Source of the DNA: Mobula hypostoma
Lineage: Eukaryota
DNA length: 64,000 nucleotides
NCBI RefSeq assembly: GCF_963921235.1
Contig: NC_086106.1
Location: 34,100,001 to 34,164,000, forward strand
Direction: 5' to 3'
This document shows, piece after piece, positions 12,948 to 25,571 of this stretch; position 1 is the first letter of the stretch, and each line of letters opens with the position of its first letter. The position numbers and the translations under genes are program-made. The notes under the pieces are model-generated. The model was not told the origin of the DNA. It made no database searches and saw nothing but the letters and a program-made list of their open reading frames with translations.

Positions 12948-14960
12948 TTAAGTTAAAAGAACCCATCAGGGCAAGTGATCATAATATGATCGAATTCACC
13001 CTGAAATTTGAGAAGGAGAAGCTAAATCAGATATATCAGTATTAAATGGAGTAAAGAGAACTACAGAGGCACCAGGGAGGAGCTGGCCAGAAATGATAGG
13101 AAACGAACACTGTCAGGGATAATGGCAGAGCAGCAATGGCTGGAATTTCTGGAAGCAATTCAGAAGGCACAGGGTACATACATCCAAAAGGGGAAGTATT
13201 CTAATGGAAAGATGACTGTGGCTAACAAGAGAAGTCAAAGTCAATATAAAAGACAAAGAGTGGGTACCTAATAGTGCAACAATTAATAGGAAGTTAGAGT
13301 ATTGGGAGGCTTTTAAAAACCAACAGAAGATAACTAAAAACATCATTAAGTAGGTAAAGATGGAATACAGAAGTAAGCTAGCCAAAAATATTAAAGAGGA
13401 TACCAAAAGTTTCTTCAGATACATAAAGTGTAAGTGAGGCAAGACTGGACACTAAACAGTGCTGGAGAGGTAGTAATGTGGGACAGGGAAATGCAGAGAA
13501 AATGAATAAGTATTTTGCAGCAGTTTTACTGTCAAAGGTGCTAACAGTTTGGTGGAAGTTCCAGGTGTCAGAAAGCATGAAGTGTGTGGTCACCAGAACT
13601 AAAAAGAAGGTTCTTGGGAAACTGAAAGGCCTGAAGGTAGTTGAATCACCTGGACCAGTTGCTGAACACCCCAGGGTTCCGAAAGAGACAGCTGAAGAGA
13701 TTGTGGTGACATTAGTAATGATCTTTCAAGAATCACTAGTTCCTGAGGACTATAAAATTTCAAATGTCACTCCACTCTTCAAGAATGGAGAGAGGCAGAA
13801 GAAAGGAAATTATAGGCCAGTTAATCTGACCTCAGTGATTTGGAAGATGTTGCAGCTGATCGCAAAGGATGTAGTTTTTGAGTACTTGGAGGTACATGAT
13901 AAGATAGGCAGTAGTCACTGGTTTCTTCAAGCGAAAATATGACCTGACAAATCTATTGGAATTCTTTGAAGAAATAACAAGGATAGACAAAGGAAAATTG
14001 GTTGATGCTATGTATTTGGATTTTTAGAAGGCCTTTGCAAGGTGCCATTCATGAGATTGCATAACAAGCTATGAGCCCATGGTATTGCAGGGCAGATTCT
14101 AGCCTGGATAAAGCAGTGGCTGTTTGGCAGGAGATGAGGACCGGTAATTAATGGAGCCTTTTCTGGTTGACTGTCAGTGGCTTGTGGTGTTGCACAGGGG
14201 TTTGTGTTGGGACCCATTCTTTTTTAATTATATGTTAATGATTTGGATGGTGGAATTGATGGTTTTGATGCAAAGATTGCAGATGATATGCAGATAGGTG
14301 CAGTAGCATGTAGTTTTGAGGAATTAGAGAGGCTGCAGAAGGACTAAGACAAATTAGGAGAATGGACATAGAGGTGACAGATGGAATACAGTGTCTGGAA
14401 GGGTACGGTTATGCACTTTGGTAGAAGATATGAAAGAGTCTACAATTTTCTAAATGGAGAGAGAATACAGAAAACTGAGGGGCAAAGGGACATGGGAGTC
14501 CTTGTGTAGGATTCCCTAAAGGTTAGTTTGCAGGTTGAGTCTATGGTGAGGAAGGCAGACGCAATGTTAGCATTAATTTCAAGGAGGCTAGAATATGAAA
14601 GGAATGATGTAATATTGAGATTTCATAAAGCACTAGTGATGCTTCACTTGGATTATTGTGAGCAGTTTTGGGCCTCTTAACTTGGAAAGGATGTACTGAA
14701 ACTGGAGAATGTTCAAAGGGAGCTCACGAAAATGATTCCAGGTTTGAATGGTTTGTCATATGAAGGGTGCTTCATGGCTCTGGGCCTGTCTTCATTGGAA
14801 TTCAGAAGAATGAGGGGTGAGCTTATTGAAACCTATCAAATGGTGAAAGGCCTTAATAGAGTGGATGTGGTGAGGATGTTTACTATGTTGGGAGATTCTA
14901 GGAGCAGAGGACAACCCCAGAATAGAGGGACTTCTCTTTAGGATGGAGATGAGGGGGAAT
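12948..14960 (+). mobile_element. CR1 LINE ORF2 fragment (about 2 kb, decayed)
   Basis: Peptides LNKYFAAV...ISNVTPLFKNGERQKKGNYRPVNLTSVIWKML and FRRMRGELIETYQMVKGLNRVDVVRMF; multiple stops and frameshifts. Confidence 0.9.
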
Positions 14961-14964
14961 TTAA

Positions 14965-15435
14965 ATGTAAGGTGAAAACAATAATTAAAACATCGATTTG
15001 GTTAATGAAGCAGCAAAGTTGGAATAAGGAAAAAAAAATAGCATGGTATTTATATAAAATTCAGAGGACTATGGGAGCTTAACTAAGAGATGTACACAAT
15101 TGCATATTGGAGATACCAGCTTGAATAACTCCTTGTTTAGAATTAGTTGACACGATGTGGACATTTGTAGAGAGTGCATCCATGAAGAAACGATGCAGTA
15201 GATGTTATTTGAATGCAGATCCCATGAGGTATAAAGGAAATACCTAATGGCTAAATTGAGATCTTTGCAACAGGAAGATGGATAGTCTGTTAGGGTATAA
15301 CTGACTTTTTTTAAGTGAGATGGGAATTAAATGGGTATACATCCTGTCTCTTTGCTTCCCACTACATGCCAATAGGTGGCAATAATGCACCTTTGTTTGG
15401 TCTGCTAGCTGCCATTAAACTTTGGAAGAAGGAGA
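14965..15435 (+). mobile_element. I-group (Nimb-like) LINE 3' fragment
   Basis: TQLHIGDTSLNNSLFRIS*HDVDICRECIHEETMQ*MLFECRSHEV*R resembles the RLRIGHT...C-x2-C...ETxxH...C knuckle at the end of I-group ORF2; 3' UTR ccaataggtggcaataatgcac...gaagaagg. Confidence 0.6.
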
Positions 15436-15469
15436 AAGGAAAAATCATCTATTCTGCCTGCACATAGTT

Positions 15470-17230
15470 GATGTGCCTTCATTCTCTGCATATTCATCTG
15501 CCTATCTGAGCACCCCTTAAACACCTCCATTGCATCTGTCTCCACCACCAACTCTGGCAGCGTATTTCAGGAACACACTGCTCTCTGTAAGACTGGATGT
15601 GCCTCATGCATCTTATAGAGAACATTACTGCACAAAACAGGACAGTTCCTTTTGGGCAGCAATGCTGTCTTTACCTTTTAACCTACTCTAAGATCAATTT
15701 AAACTTTCGCTCCTGTATAGCCCTCTAATTTTTCTATCATCAATATCTCCCTTTCAGTTTCCACTCCTCACCTTTATGCATATCCATGAAAAGATATCTA
15801 CTGTCCACCCTTGCGATGAGTCAAAAGACATACTGTACAACAAGAAAACAGGCTCTTCAGCCCAACTCCTCCATGTGACTGTTGATCAATGAGCTAGTCT
15901 CAGCTGCCCACATTTGTCCCATAGCCTTTTTAAACTTGTACCCATGTACTTATCTAGATGCTTTTATGTTGCTAATGTGCCACCTCAACATTTTTTGACA
16001 GCTCATTCCAAATCCAAACCAGTTATGTCTCTTTGAAATCTCTCACCTCTGCTTCACTCTTCTTTTTTAGCACAGCTTCCTGGGAAAGGACAATGTGCTT
16101 TCACCATATTTATGTCTCTCATAATCTTATATATTTTTGTCAGGTCATCCCATCAATCTCCTACATTTCAGAGAATAGAGTCCGGGTCAACACATCCTCT
16201 CCCCACAGCCCAGCACCCGCAACTCTCCTCTCCCCAAGTCCAAGCACCATCCAGTGAAATCTTTTCTGCGCTCTTTCTAGTTTGATGACACCTTTTGTAC
16301 AACAGGAAAACTAAAATACTTCAAATGCGACATAACGATGTCTTATACAACTGCCTTATTTTTGCTACCCATTGTAACATAGCTAGCTGCTCAGATCTTT
16401 CTGTAATTTTTCATAACCTGCGTTATTTACACCTTCTGTTTTAGCATCATTCACAAACATACTAGCAATACATCATACATTCACATCCAAATCATTTATA
16501 TAATTATAAATATCAATGGTCCCAGCACTGACCCCTGTGGGACACCACTGGAAATTAGGCACAATTGTCCAGTCTGAGAGACAACCCTCAGTCATTGTCC
16601 TTTTCCCCTACCACTGAGCAATAATGAATCCGATCCATGGTCTTGTCCAGGAGCCCATGCAGTCAGACTTTCTGGAACTGCCTGTCATGAGGGACCTTGT
16701 TGAAGGCCATCTACTAAAGACCATCTACTCAATATCCACTGCCTTCCTCTCAGCTATGCACTTAGTAATATAAAAACAATGCTAAAGATTTGTAAGATAC
16801 TACATTCTATGCATTAAGCTGTACTGAATCTCCTAATTCAGACCCCAGCGCTCCAAATGTTGATAGATCCTGTTCATCGGAACTTGCTTCAGCAATTTCC
16901 CTGCCATCAAAGTCAGGATCACTGGCCTGTAGTTTCCGGGCTCAATCTGCCTCTACTTTTAAACAATGGTATCACATTATCCATTCTCCAGTCCCCTGGG
17001 ACCTCACTCATGGCCAAGGATGAAACAAAAATCTCTGCAAGGGCCCTCACAATTTATTTCCTAGCTTTCAACAAGTCTTGAGAATCCATCTGACCAGCTC
17101 TTGGAGATTTATCCACCATAAAGCACTTTATTGTCTCCAATAGCTCCTCTCCCTGCTGATCCAAAACAACACCATTAATTTTCACATTTCCTTCACTTCC
17201 ATCATTTTCTCCATGCTAAGCGATGAAGAG
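15470..17230 (-). mobile_element. Cluster of decayed CR1 fragments
   Basis: Several antisense CR1 3' ends plus an RT segment (ggtcccagcactgacccctgtgggacaccact = reverse of SGVPQGSVLGP at about 16518-16550). Confidence 0.75.
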
Positions 17231-18419
17231 AAACATCCATTATATGTATGTGTGATGTTGATGAAGGGCCTCAGCCCATAAGATCAATTGTTTTTTTCCA
17301 TTAATTACTGTATTAAAAGCAACAAAAAAGTAACTTTTATTATCTGGGCGTACTCTCGCAGTCGAGTGACTCCTGCATCCCAAATGCAGATTTATCTCTA
17401 AGCATATATGCTCTTAATGCGGTCTAATGATTTTGAAATTGGTTCCCCAGAATTCAGAAACTTATTCTCCAGATTGTTCTTATCCATGTCTGTGACTTCC
17501 TTGAAATCAAACAATATATATTTACTATCCACAAAGTACTCACCCAGTCCCTCTTCTTCATTCCATATGATTATTCATCCCCAGCAGGATTACCTACTGG
17601 CAGAATCAGATGTACTGGAAGCATTAACAAAAAAAAAAAATCACCCAGAGTAAGCGGTTCACATTAAGGCAATTCTCACTGTCCTGGGGTAAGCTGAAAT
17701 TCCTGATTACCACTATGGTATTATTTATCTGCCTCTGAGATTTGCCTACACATCTATTTGGAGGTGAAATGAGCATATTCACATCAAAGGGATATATTTC
17801 TTTTATAATTACAAAGGTCTGCCCATGTAGTTTTTTTTTGAATAGACTTGTATGTTATCGTCCCTCATTGCTGCAGTGATGATCTCTGGTCAATAACGTA
17901 ACGCTCTTTTACCACCCCCGCCCCCACCAACACATCTGAAACTTCTGTACCCTACTACAAAATGCCAACTTTTTTCATATTACCTGACTTAAATTTGCCT
18001 TACCAGTCAGGCATCTTGTATTGCAATGGAGCCCAGTGAACTTTCTAAATGCCTTATTATGCATATGTCTGCTCTGGTTTTCCTCCATATTTGACTAAAC
18101 TTCACGGCCAACATTCCACTCCCCTCCACCCCCGCAGTATTTCTACTGCGTCCATCAAACTGCAGGCTTGATTTAGACAGTGGAAGGGAGGAATGGGATG
18201 AATTTCAGCAATTATGTCACACATAGAGATGTGATCTGCATTTTGGACTTGCAGCCAAAGCTGTGGTATCAATGCTGAGATGTTTGCTTGAAGAAGGACA
18301 CAGACATTGGTTCCCTTATTCTGCCCATGGATTTGTTTGATCCTGCAGAGATAGCACCACTGCTCAGTCATCCATGTGGTCTGTGCAAAATTTGAGTTCC
18401 TGATTTTTTTCTTTTTTCA

Positions 18420-18980
18420 AACAATCTTTCGAGGTCTCAAACTTTCAAACATATAGAATATTTTGTCCAGCTGTAGCACTCAGCTATAGGAAGAACGTCA
18501 TTAAGCTTGAAAGATTGCAGAAAAGATTGACAAGGTTGTTACCAAGAACAAAGGGATTGCATTTTGTAAATAAAATGGCTGAATATGCTGGAACTTTTCC
18601 ATCTAGAGCTTTGGAGAGGCTTTTCACAGGTACATTAATTCACTGGAGGATAGGCGAGATACATAGTCAGTGATTTTCCCAAATGTAGGGGAGTGTGAAT
18701 ATGGCAGACATTGATGGAGAAGGATTTAAAAGGGACATGAGAGGCGAACTTTTCACAGAGTGTAGTGGGTAGATGTATCAAGCTAATCAAGAAACTGTAC
18801 TGGTGGCTAAAATTCCAATGGTTAGAAGTCTTTTGGACAGGTACATGGAAAGGAAACTTTTGAAGGGATATGGCTCAAAGGCAGCTAATTGGGACTAGCT
18901 CAGAAAGACATCTTGCTCAACATGGACAAATTGGTCTGAAGGGCCTGTTTCCATGCTATATATAGCTCTATGACTCCTCA
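18420..18980 (+). mobile_element. CR1 LINE 3' fragment
   Basis: LERLQKRLTRLLP-like segment and CR1 3' UTR (gaagggcctgtttccatgctatat). Confidence 0.75.
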
Positions 18981-19149
18981 GGAAGGCAACAACTATAATA
19001 ATACACTGAAGATCATGAATTTTATTTTGTATATCTGCAGTTAATCAAAGCTATCTAACTTGAGGTATTGGAAGTATTCCCAGTTTAAAATGTTTCAGCA
19101 TTGGCTTTTAATATTGGAATTTAAAGTTCACAGTTGTGTACATACATCT

Positions 19150-19705
19150 ATGGATGCTTCTGGACCCATCTTCAGTGATGTTCCTGGAATCATCGGGGGT
19201 TTTGGGTCTTTCAACATCATACAACCTCCTCCAGGTGACCCAGCCGGGGCTGAACAGACCCCAGCTTGTGTCCAGATGGCTAGCTACTTATGATTCCATG
19301 GCTCCCCTCTTTTGAGCCACAGCCATCTAGAGGCCCTCTCTGCCGCATCGGTGGTACTGCGGATGGCTCTCCTCTTCCTCTCTCCCTCGATGCCTAAAAT
19401 GCTAAACGCTCTAACTAAGGAACGGGCTACTATTCCCCTACAACCAACCTCCACTGGGAGATACCGCACTCTCCATCCAGCCTGCTGACAGTTGCTGACC
19501 AGTCCTGCGTACTTGGAGAGCTTCCTTTCAAAGGCCTCTTCCAAGCTATCTTCCCATGGGACTGTCAGCTCCAGCCGCACCACTTGCTTAGTCGACTCAG
19601 ACAGAAGGACAATATCTGGTTGCAGGGTGGTGGCTGCGATATGGTTGGGGAACTTCAGCTGCCCTTCGAGGTCCACCAACAGCTGCCAGTCCCTTGCAGA
19701 GGGAA
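19150..19705 (-). mobile_element. HERO-like non-LTR retrotransposon 3' fragment (restriction-like endonuclease domain)
   Basis: ORF 19284-19679: VDLEGQLKFPNHIAATTLQPDIVLLSESTKQVVRLELTVPWEDSLEEAFERKLSKY...LPVEVGCRG...AERASRWLWLKR contains the REL PD...E...K..KY motifs and the VEVGCRG / ERASRWLWLKR signature; 3' UTR follows to about 19150. Confidence 0.85.
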
Positions 19706-19714
19706 CTTATTAGC

Positions 19715-20130
19715 AAAGCAAGAATTTGTCACTTTGAGATTCATTTTCTTTCAGGCATTGACAGGAAAATAAAGACATACAATAGAATTTATGAAACACT
19801 GTACGTGACGAAGACTGACAACCATCCAATATGCAAAGAGGACAACCATGCAAATAATAAATGCAAAAAAGATAAACGTGAAAAGAGAACATGAGTTGTA
19901 GAGTACCTGAAAATGAGTCTAAGTTGTGGGGTTCATCCAGCACTGAGGTGAGTGAAGTTATCTGCACTGGTTCAGCCGCCTGATGCTTGTAGGTAATAAC
20001 TGTTCCTGAAGTGGGACTGAAGTCTCCGTACCTCCTGCCAGTGGTAGTTACGAGAAGATAGCATAACCTACATGATGAGGATCCTTGATGGTGGATGCTG
20101 CTTTGTTGTGAAACACCCCAGTTTCCTTGG
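19715..20130 (-). mobile_element. Rex1/Babar LINE 3' fragment
   Basis: ASTIKDPHHVGYAIFS...TTGRRYGDF matches the Rex1 ORF2 end (IIKDPxHP...LPSGRRYRS) plus 3' UTR. Confidence 0.65.
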
Positions 20131-21028
20131 CTGTGTAAGACTGGGGAAGATGACACTGGCCCTGCCAAACCCGTGAGATTGGGGTAGGCGTGCTTGATCC
20201 TACCCCAAACCTCGGTTTGTGTGTATGCTGTGTCATTTGCTACCCTGTTACAAATTAATGCCACGAAATAGCAGACTGTACATTGCATACGATTAAAGGA
20301 ATTATATTTATGAATCTTGACTGAAGGGTTAGTAAAGAATAACAAAAAAAAAAGGCTCATTCCAATTAAACTGTCAAATGTGCACAGGTTGGAACTCATC
20401 TTGAACTTCTCTGTCACTCATGCACTGGGCCCTTGGTCCACATGAAAGGACACACCACCTTCCAAGCATCGCTCACAGTCCATCTCGAACAAACGGGTCT
20501 CCCACTGATCATATGCTAGACCGGTTCTCCCCAGCGTTTTCTCTCTTCATCTCCTCTCATACAAAAAAAAACCTCAAGCCCAAACTTACTGTCTCTCACC
20601 AAAAAAAAACTCCTGCTAGTTGTATGGCACACATTCCACATCATCCCTTATCTTGAAAAAATAACCCAAACAGGTTGAAGGCAGAACAGTAGCTCTTGCA
20701 GAACTGCTAAATGAAATACCTACAGCATAATAGTGAAAATGTGAACCATGGCGTTACACTTGTGGCAGTTCTTCTTGTAAATGGTGGCCAGGGCTTTGCC
20801 TCTGATCAATAGGCGTGTATCAATGACTTTCTGTACACCTTTCCATTTAAAGGCACTGATGTTTCTATATCAGGCCATGATATAACCAGTTAGGGTACTC
20901 TTCACTGCGCATCTATAGAAGTTTATCAAAGTTTTAGATGACATATGGATTTGACACAAACTTCGAAGAAATTAGAGGCAATGTCATGCTTTCTTTGTGG
21001 TCCTCCACACTGCCAAGTCTTGCCATTT

Positions 21029-24000
21029 AACAATTACAATTACAGCACGGAAACAGGTCATCTCAGCCTTCTAGTCCGTGCCGAACTTCTACTCTCACTT
21101 AGTCCCACTGACCTGCACTCAGTCCATAAACCTCATTCCCTTCCTGTCCATATATCTATCCAATTTAACTTTAAGCGGCAACATCGAACCTGCCTCAACC
21201 ACTTCTGCTGGAAGCTCGTTCCACACAGCTACCACTCTCTGAGTAAAGAAGTTCCCCCTCATGTTACCTCTAAACTTTTGCCCTTTAACTCTCAACTCAT
21301 GTCCTCTTGTTTGAATCTCCCCCACTCTCAACAGAAAAAGCCTATCCACGTCAACTCTATCAATCCCTGTCATAATTTTAAACACCTGTATCAAGACCCC
21401 CCTCAACCTTCTATGCTCCAAAGAATAAAGATCTTAGGAGATGAAACATAGGTAACATTTTAGTAAACATCCTCTGTACTCTCTCAATTTCATTGACATC
21501 TTTCCTATAATTCGGTGTCCAGAACTGTACACAATACTCCAAATTTAGCGTTACCAATGCCTTATACAATTTCAACATTCATCCCAACTTGTATACTCAA
21601 TGCTCTGATTATTAAAAGCCAGCATACCAAAAGCTTTCTTCACCACCCTATCCACGTAAGATTCCTCCTTCAGGGAATTATGCACTATTATTCCTAGATC
21701 CCTCTGTTCTCCAGCATTCTTCAATGCCCTACCATTTACCATGTATGTCCTATTTTGATTAGTCCTACCAAAATGTAGCACCTCACATTTTTCAGCATTG
21801 AACTCCGTTTGTCATCTTTCAGCTCACTCTTCTAACTGGCCTAAATCTCTCTGCAAGCTTTGAAAACCTGCTTCAATATCCACAACGCCACCTATCTTAG
21901 TATCATCTGCATACTTACTAATCCAATTCACCACCCCATCATCCAGATCATTAATATATATGACAAACAACATTGGACCAGTACAGATCCCTGAGACACA
22001 CCGCTACACACCGTCCTCCAATTTGACCCACAGTTATCCACCACTACCGTCTGGTGTCTCCCATCCAGCCACTGCTGAATCCATTTTACTACTTTGATAT
22101 TAATGCCTAATGATTGAACCTTCCTTACTAACCTTCCATGTGGAACCTTGTCAAAGGCCTTACTGAAGTCCATATAGACGACATTCACTGCTTTACCCTC
22201 GTCAATTTTCCTAGTAACCTCATCAAAAAGATCAATAAGATTTGTCAAACATGACCTTCCACGCACAAATCCATGTTGACTGTTCCTAATCAGACCCTGT
22301 CTATCCAGATAATTATATATACTATCTCTAGGTATACTTTCCATCAATTTACCCACCACTGACATCAAACTGCCATTAATGCCAGTCTGAGGACAGATCC
22401 TCTGATATGGTAGCGCCGATAAATTTAATGTTACTGGCCCTTGCTACTTCAGATCACCTAATGAGCACTGGCTCATGGATCTCTGGCTTTTTGCTCCTGT
22501 AATTGATAATCAGCCCTTTGTTTTTTTTTTGATGTTGCGAACCACTGAAGTAAGACTCACTGGCCTATAATTTCCTGGGCTATTCCTACCCTCTTTCTTG
22601 AATAAGAGAATAACATCCGCAACCCTCCCATCCTCGGAGCCTCTCCCGTCCTCATTGATGATGCAAAGATCATTGCCAGAGGCTCATCAATCTCCTCCCT
22701 CACTTCCCACAGTAGCCTGGGGTACATTCCATCTGGCTCCGGTGATTTATCCAACTTGATGCTTTCCAAAAGCTCCAGCACATCCCCTTTCTTAATATCT
22801 ACATTCTCAAGCTTTTCAGTCCACTGCAGGTTATCCCTATAATCGCCAAGATCCTTTTCTGTAGTGAATACTGAAGTAATGTATTCATTAAGTACCTCCA
22901 CTATTTCTTCCAGTTCCGTACACACTTTTCCACTGTCCCACTTGATTGGTCCTATTCTCTCACGTCTTATCCTCTTATTCTTCACGTGTTTGTCGAATGC
23001 CTTGGGGTTTTCCTTAATCCTGTTCGCCAAGGCCTTCTCCAGGTCCTTTTCTGGGTCTCCTAATTTCATTCTTAAGCTCCTTCTTCCTAGCCTTATAATC
23101 CTCTAGATTCATAAAATTGTCTAGTTTCTTGAACCTTTTGGAAGCTCTTTTTATCTACTTGACTAGATTTACAAAAGCCTTTGTACACCATGAATCTTAT
23201 ACCCTACCGTTCTTTACATGTCTCATTGGAACGTACCTACTCAGAACCCCACACAAATATCCCCCGAACATTTTCCACTTTCTTCCGTACATTTCCCTGA
23301 GAACATGCGTTTCCAATTTATGCTTCCAATTTACGGCCTGTTAGCCTTGTATTTCCCTTTACTCCAATTTAAACGGTTTCCTAACTTGTCTGTTCCTATC
23401 CCTCTCCAATGCTATGGCAAAGTAGATAAAATTGTAATCACTATCTCCAAAATGCTCTCCCACTCAGAGACCTGACACCTGACCAGGTCCATTTCCCAAC
23501 ACCAGGTCAAGTACAGCCTCTCCTCTTGTAGGCTTATCTACATATTGTGTCAAGAAACCTTCCTGAACACACATAACAAACCCTACCCCATCTAAACCCC
23601 TCACTCTAGGGAGATGCCAATTAATATTTGGGAAATGAAAATCTCCCACCACAACAACGCTGTTATTGTTACACCTTTCCAGAATCTGCCTCCCTATCTG
23701 CTCCTCGATGTCCCTGTTACTATTGGGTGGTGTAGATATATAAAAAAACACCCAGTAGAGTTATTGACCCCTCCCTATTCCTAACTTCCACCCACAGAGA
23801 CTCTGTAGACAACCCCTTCATGACTTCTTCCGATTATGCAGCTGTGACATGATCGCTGATCAACAGTGCCACGCCCCCACCTCTTTTGCCTCGCTCCCTT
23901 TCCTTTCTGAAACCTCTAAAGCCTGGCACTTGAAGTATCCATTCCTGCCCCTGCATCATCCGTCTCTCTAATGGGCACAACATCATAGCTCTAAGTGATG

Positions 24001-24058
24001 ATCCATGCTCTAAGCTCATCCGCTTTATTCATGATACTCCTCGCATTAAAATAGACCC
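21029..24058 (-). mobile_element. CR1 LINE, near-complete ORF2 (APE endonuclease plus RT), decayed
   Basis: APE: VVVVGDFHFPNINW...FLTQYVDKPTRGEAVLDLVLGN; RT: SQHGFVRGRSCLTNLIDLFDEVT...VYMDFSKAFDKVPHGRL...SGVSQGSVL; C-terminus FFTQRVVAVWNELP; (ATTACA)n-type tail at 21029-21045; interrupted at 22363-22540. Confidence 0.92.
22363..22540 (-). mobile_element. 178-bp internal Rex1/Babar RT fragment inserted in the CR1
   Basis: Minus strand caaagggctgattatcaattacaggagcaaaaagccagagatccatgagccagtgctcattaggtgatctgaagtag...atttatcggcgctaccatatcagaggatctgtcc corresponds to the TKELIIDYRRKK..HEPVLIGGSEVERV..FKFLGVTISEDLSW region; flanked by direct repeat ACCACTGA (22355-22362, 22541-22548). Confidence 0.65.
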
Positions 24059-24259
24059 TGAAACAAGACTCTTTCATTTAAAGAGAACGATCAAGAGCAA
24101 ATTAACTGCAAGAACATTGGGTTCTGAAATTAGAAATCCCACTGCAGCTGAAGGAAGTATAGAAGCTCCACAAGGAACAAGGTGGGGGTTCAACAAATAA
24201 TCTAAATTGAAAGAAAAGGGGCCAATTGGACAACAAGCAGGACAGCGGGTTAATAACCT

Positions 24260-24630
24260 CAAGTTATACTGAATAATGAGAGGCCTAGACAGAGTTCATG
24301 TGGAGAGGATGTTTCCAGTATTAGGGGAATCTCCGACCAGAGGGCACTGATCAGAAATAAGGGCATTTCTCGAGAGCAAGGATGAGGAGGAATTTCTTTT
24401 GCCAATGAGTGGTGAATCTGCGGAATTCATTGCCGCATGTAATTGTGGAGGCTCAATTATTATTTATGGTTGAAGTGAGGGTGAATAGGTCCTTGATTAT
24501 TCAAGATGTTGAAGGTAATAGAGAGAAGGCAGAGGGATGAGGTTGACTGGGATAATAAATCCACCATGATGGAATGGCAGAGGGGTCTCATTCAAGCAAG
24601 TGGCCTAATTCTGCATCTATGTCTTATGGT
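24260..24630 (+). mobile_element. CR1 LINE 3' fragment
   Basis: MRGLDRVHVERMFPVLGESPTRGH...; CR1 3' UTR ending tcttatggtct. Confidence 0.75.
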
Positions 24631-25571
24631 CTCACGGTATGGATTCCTCAACACTGTCAAGACATTGATAGTCCAAAAACAGAAGGATCCATGCCATTGA
24701 GAGCCAAAACACACTGAATAGCATGGAATGAATGGCAGTCATTACACACGGGAAGGTGAATTTTGAATAGTTCATCAGCAGAATTCTATCTTTGACATAA
24801 GCGTCCCTGGTTCCACTGCATCGCAAACTATCTTTTCTAAACCAACTGTAACTTAAGCCTATTGTCCTCACAATATGGTGTAACCTTTCATTTGTGTGAG
24901 GTTGCGGTATGATGGCAATGTGAATTCAAGCAAACTGGGCTCATGATAACCAACAATAGACTGAACTGGTCCGCAAGGCTGCATTATCATCACAACACTC
25001 TCCTTGATCCTTCTTGCATTAATACTCCACCTGGCTGCCAGCAGTTGTCCAAATGCATTAGAACTAATTACACAGGAAATAGAAAACTGTTCGGTCACAT
25101 TGCCTCCACAAAGATGAGGAAGGAGTTGGGAAAACTAACTGCATTGGTGTTCTGTGGGCTTTGGTAGCCAACACCAGAACAAAAATCACTGTATCCATGC
25201 TGCACCATCCAGATGAAACTTGAATATACACATGTTAAGAGGACAAGCTCCAAGCTGTAACCAACTTCTTCAATGATGCATGTATCAGAACAAATAGGCC
25301 TTATACTTACAATCCATAAAACAGACACCTTCTGCTAATGTACATCCACTGCTTAACAACAGGCCCCTGACAATAAACTTCCATGAAAAATCATTGTAAA
25401 ATGTGATCTTCACATTTCTTTGGAGGGGCATTGAAGAGAAAGACAGGCATTAACAATCATCACTTTCAGAATTAACAGTCATTGGCCATTGAAACAAATG
25501 GGAGAGAAAAAGCAAGACTTGAATCTTCACTGAAGCTCATGGCCCACAGGAGAGCAGCGGACCCTGTTTTT

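Noticed and set aside
19710-20417. 235-aa minus ORF
   Set aside because: Runs across a Rex1 3' fragment and unique DNA with low-information composition; a chance ORF.
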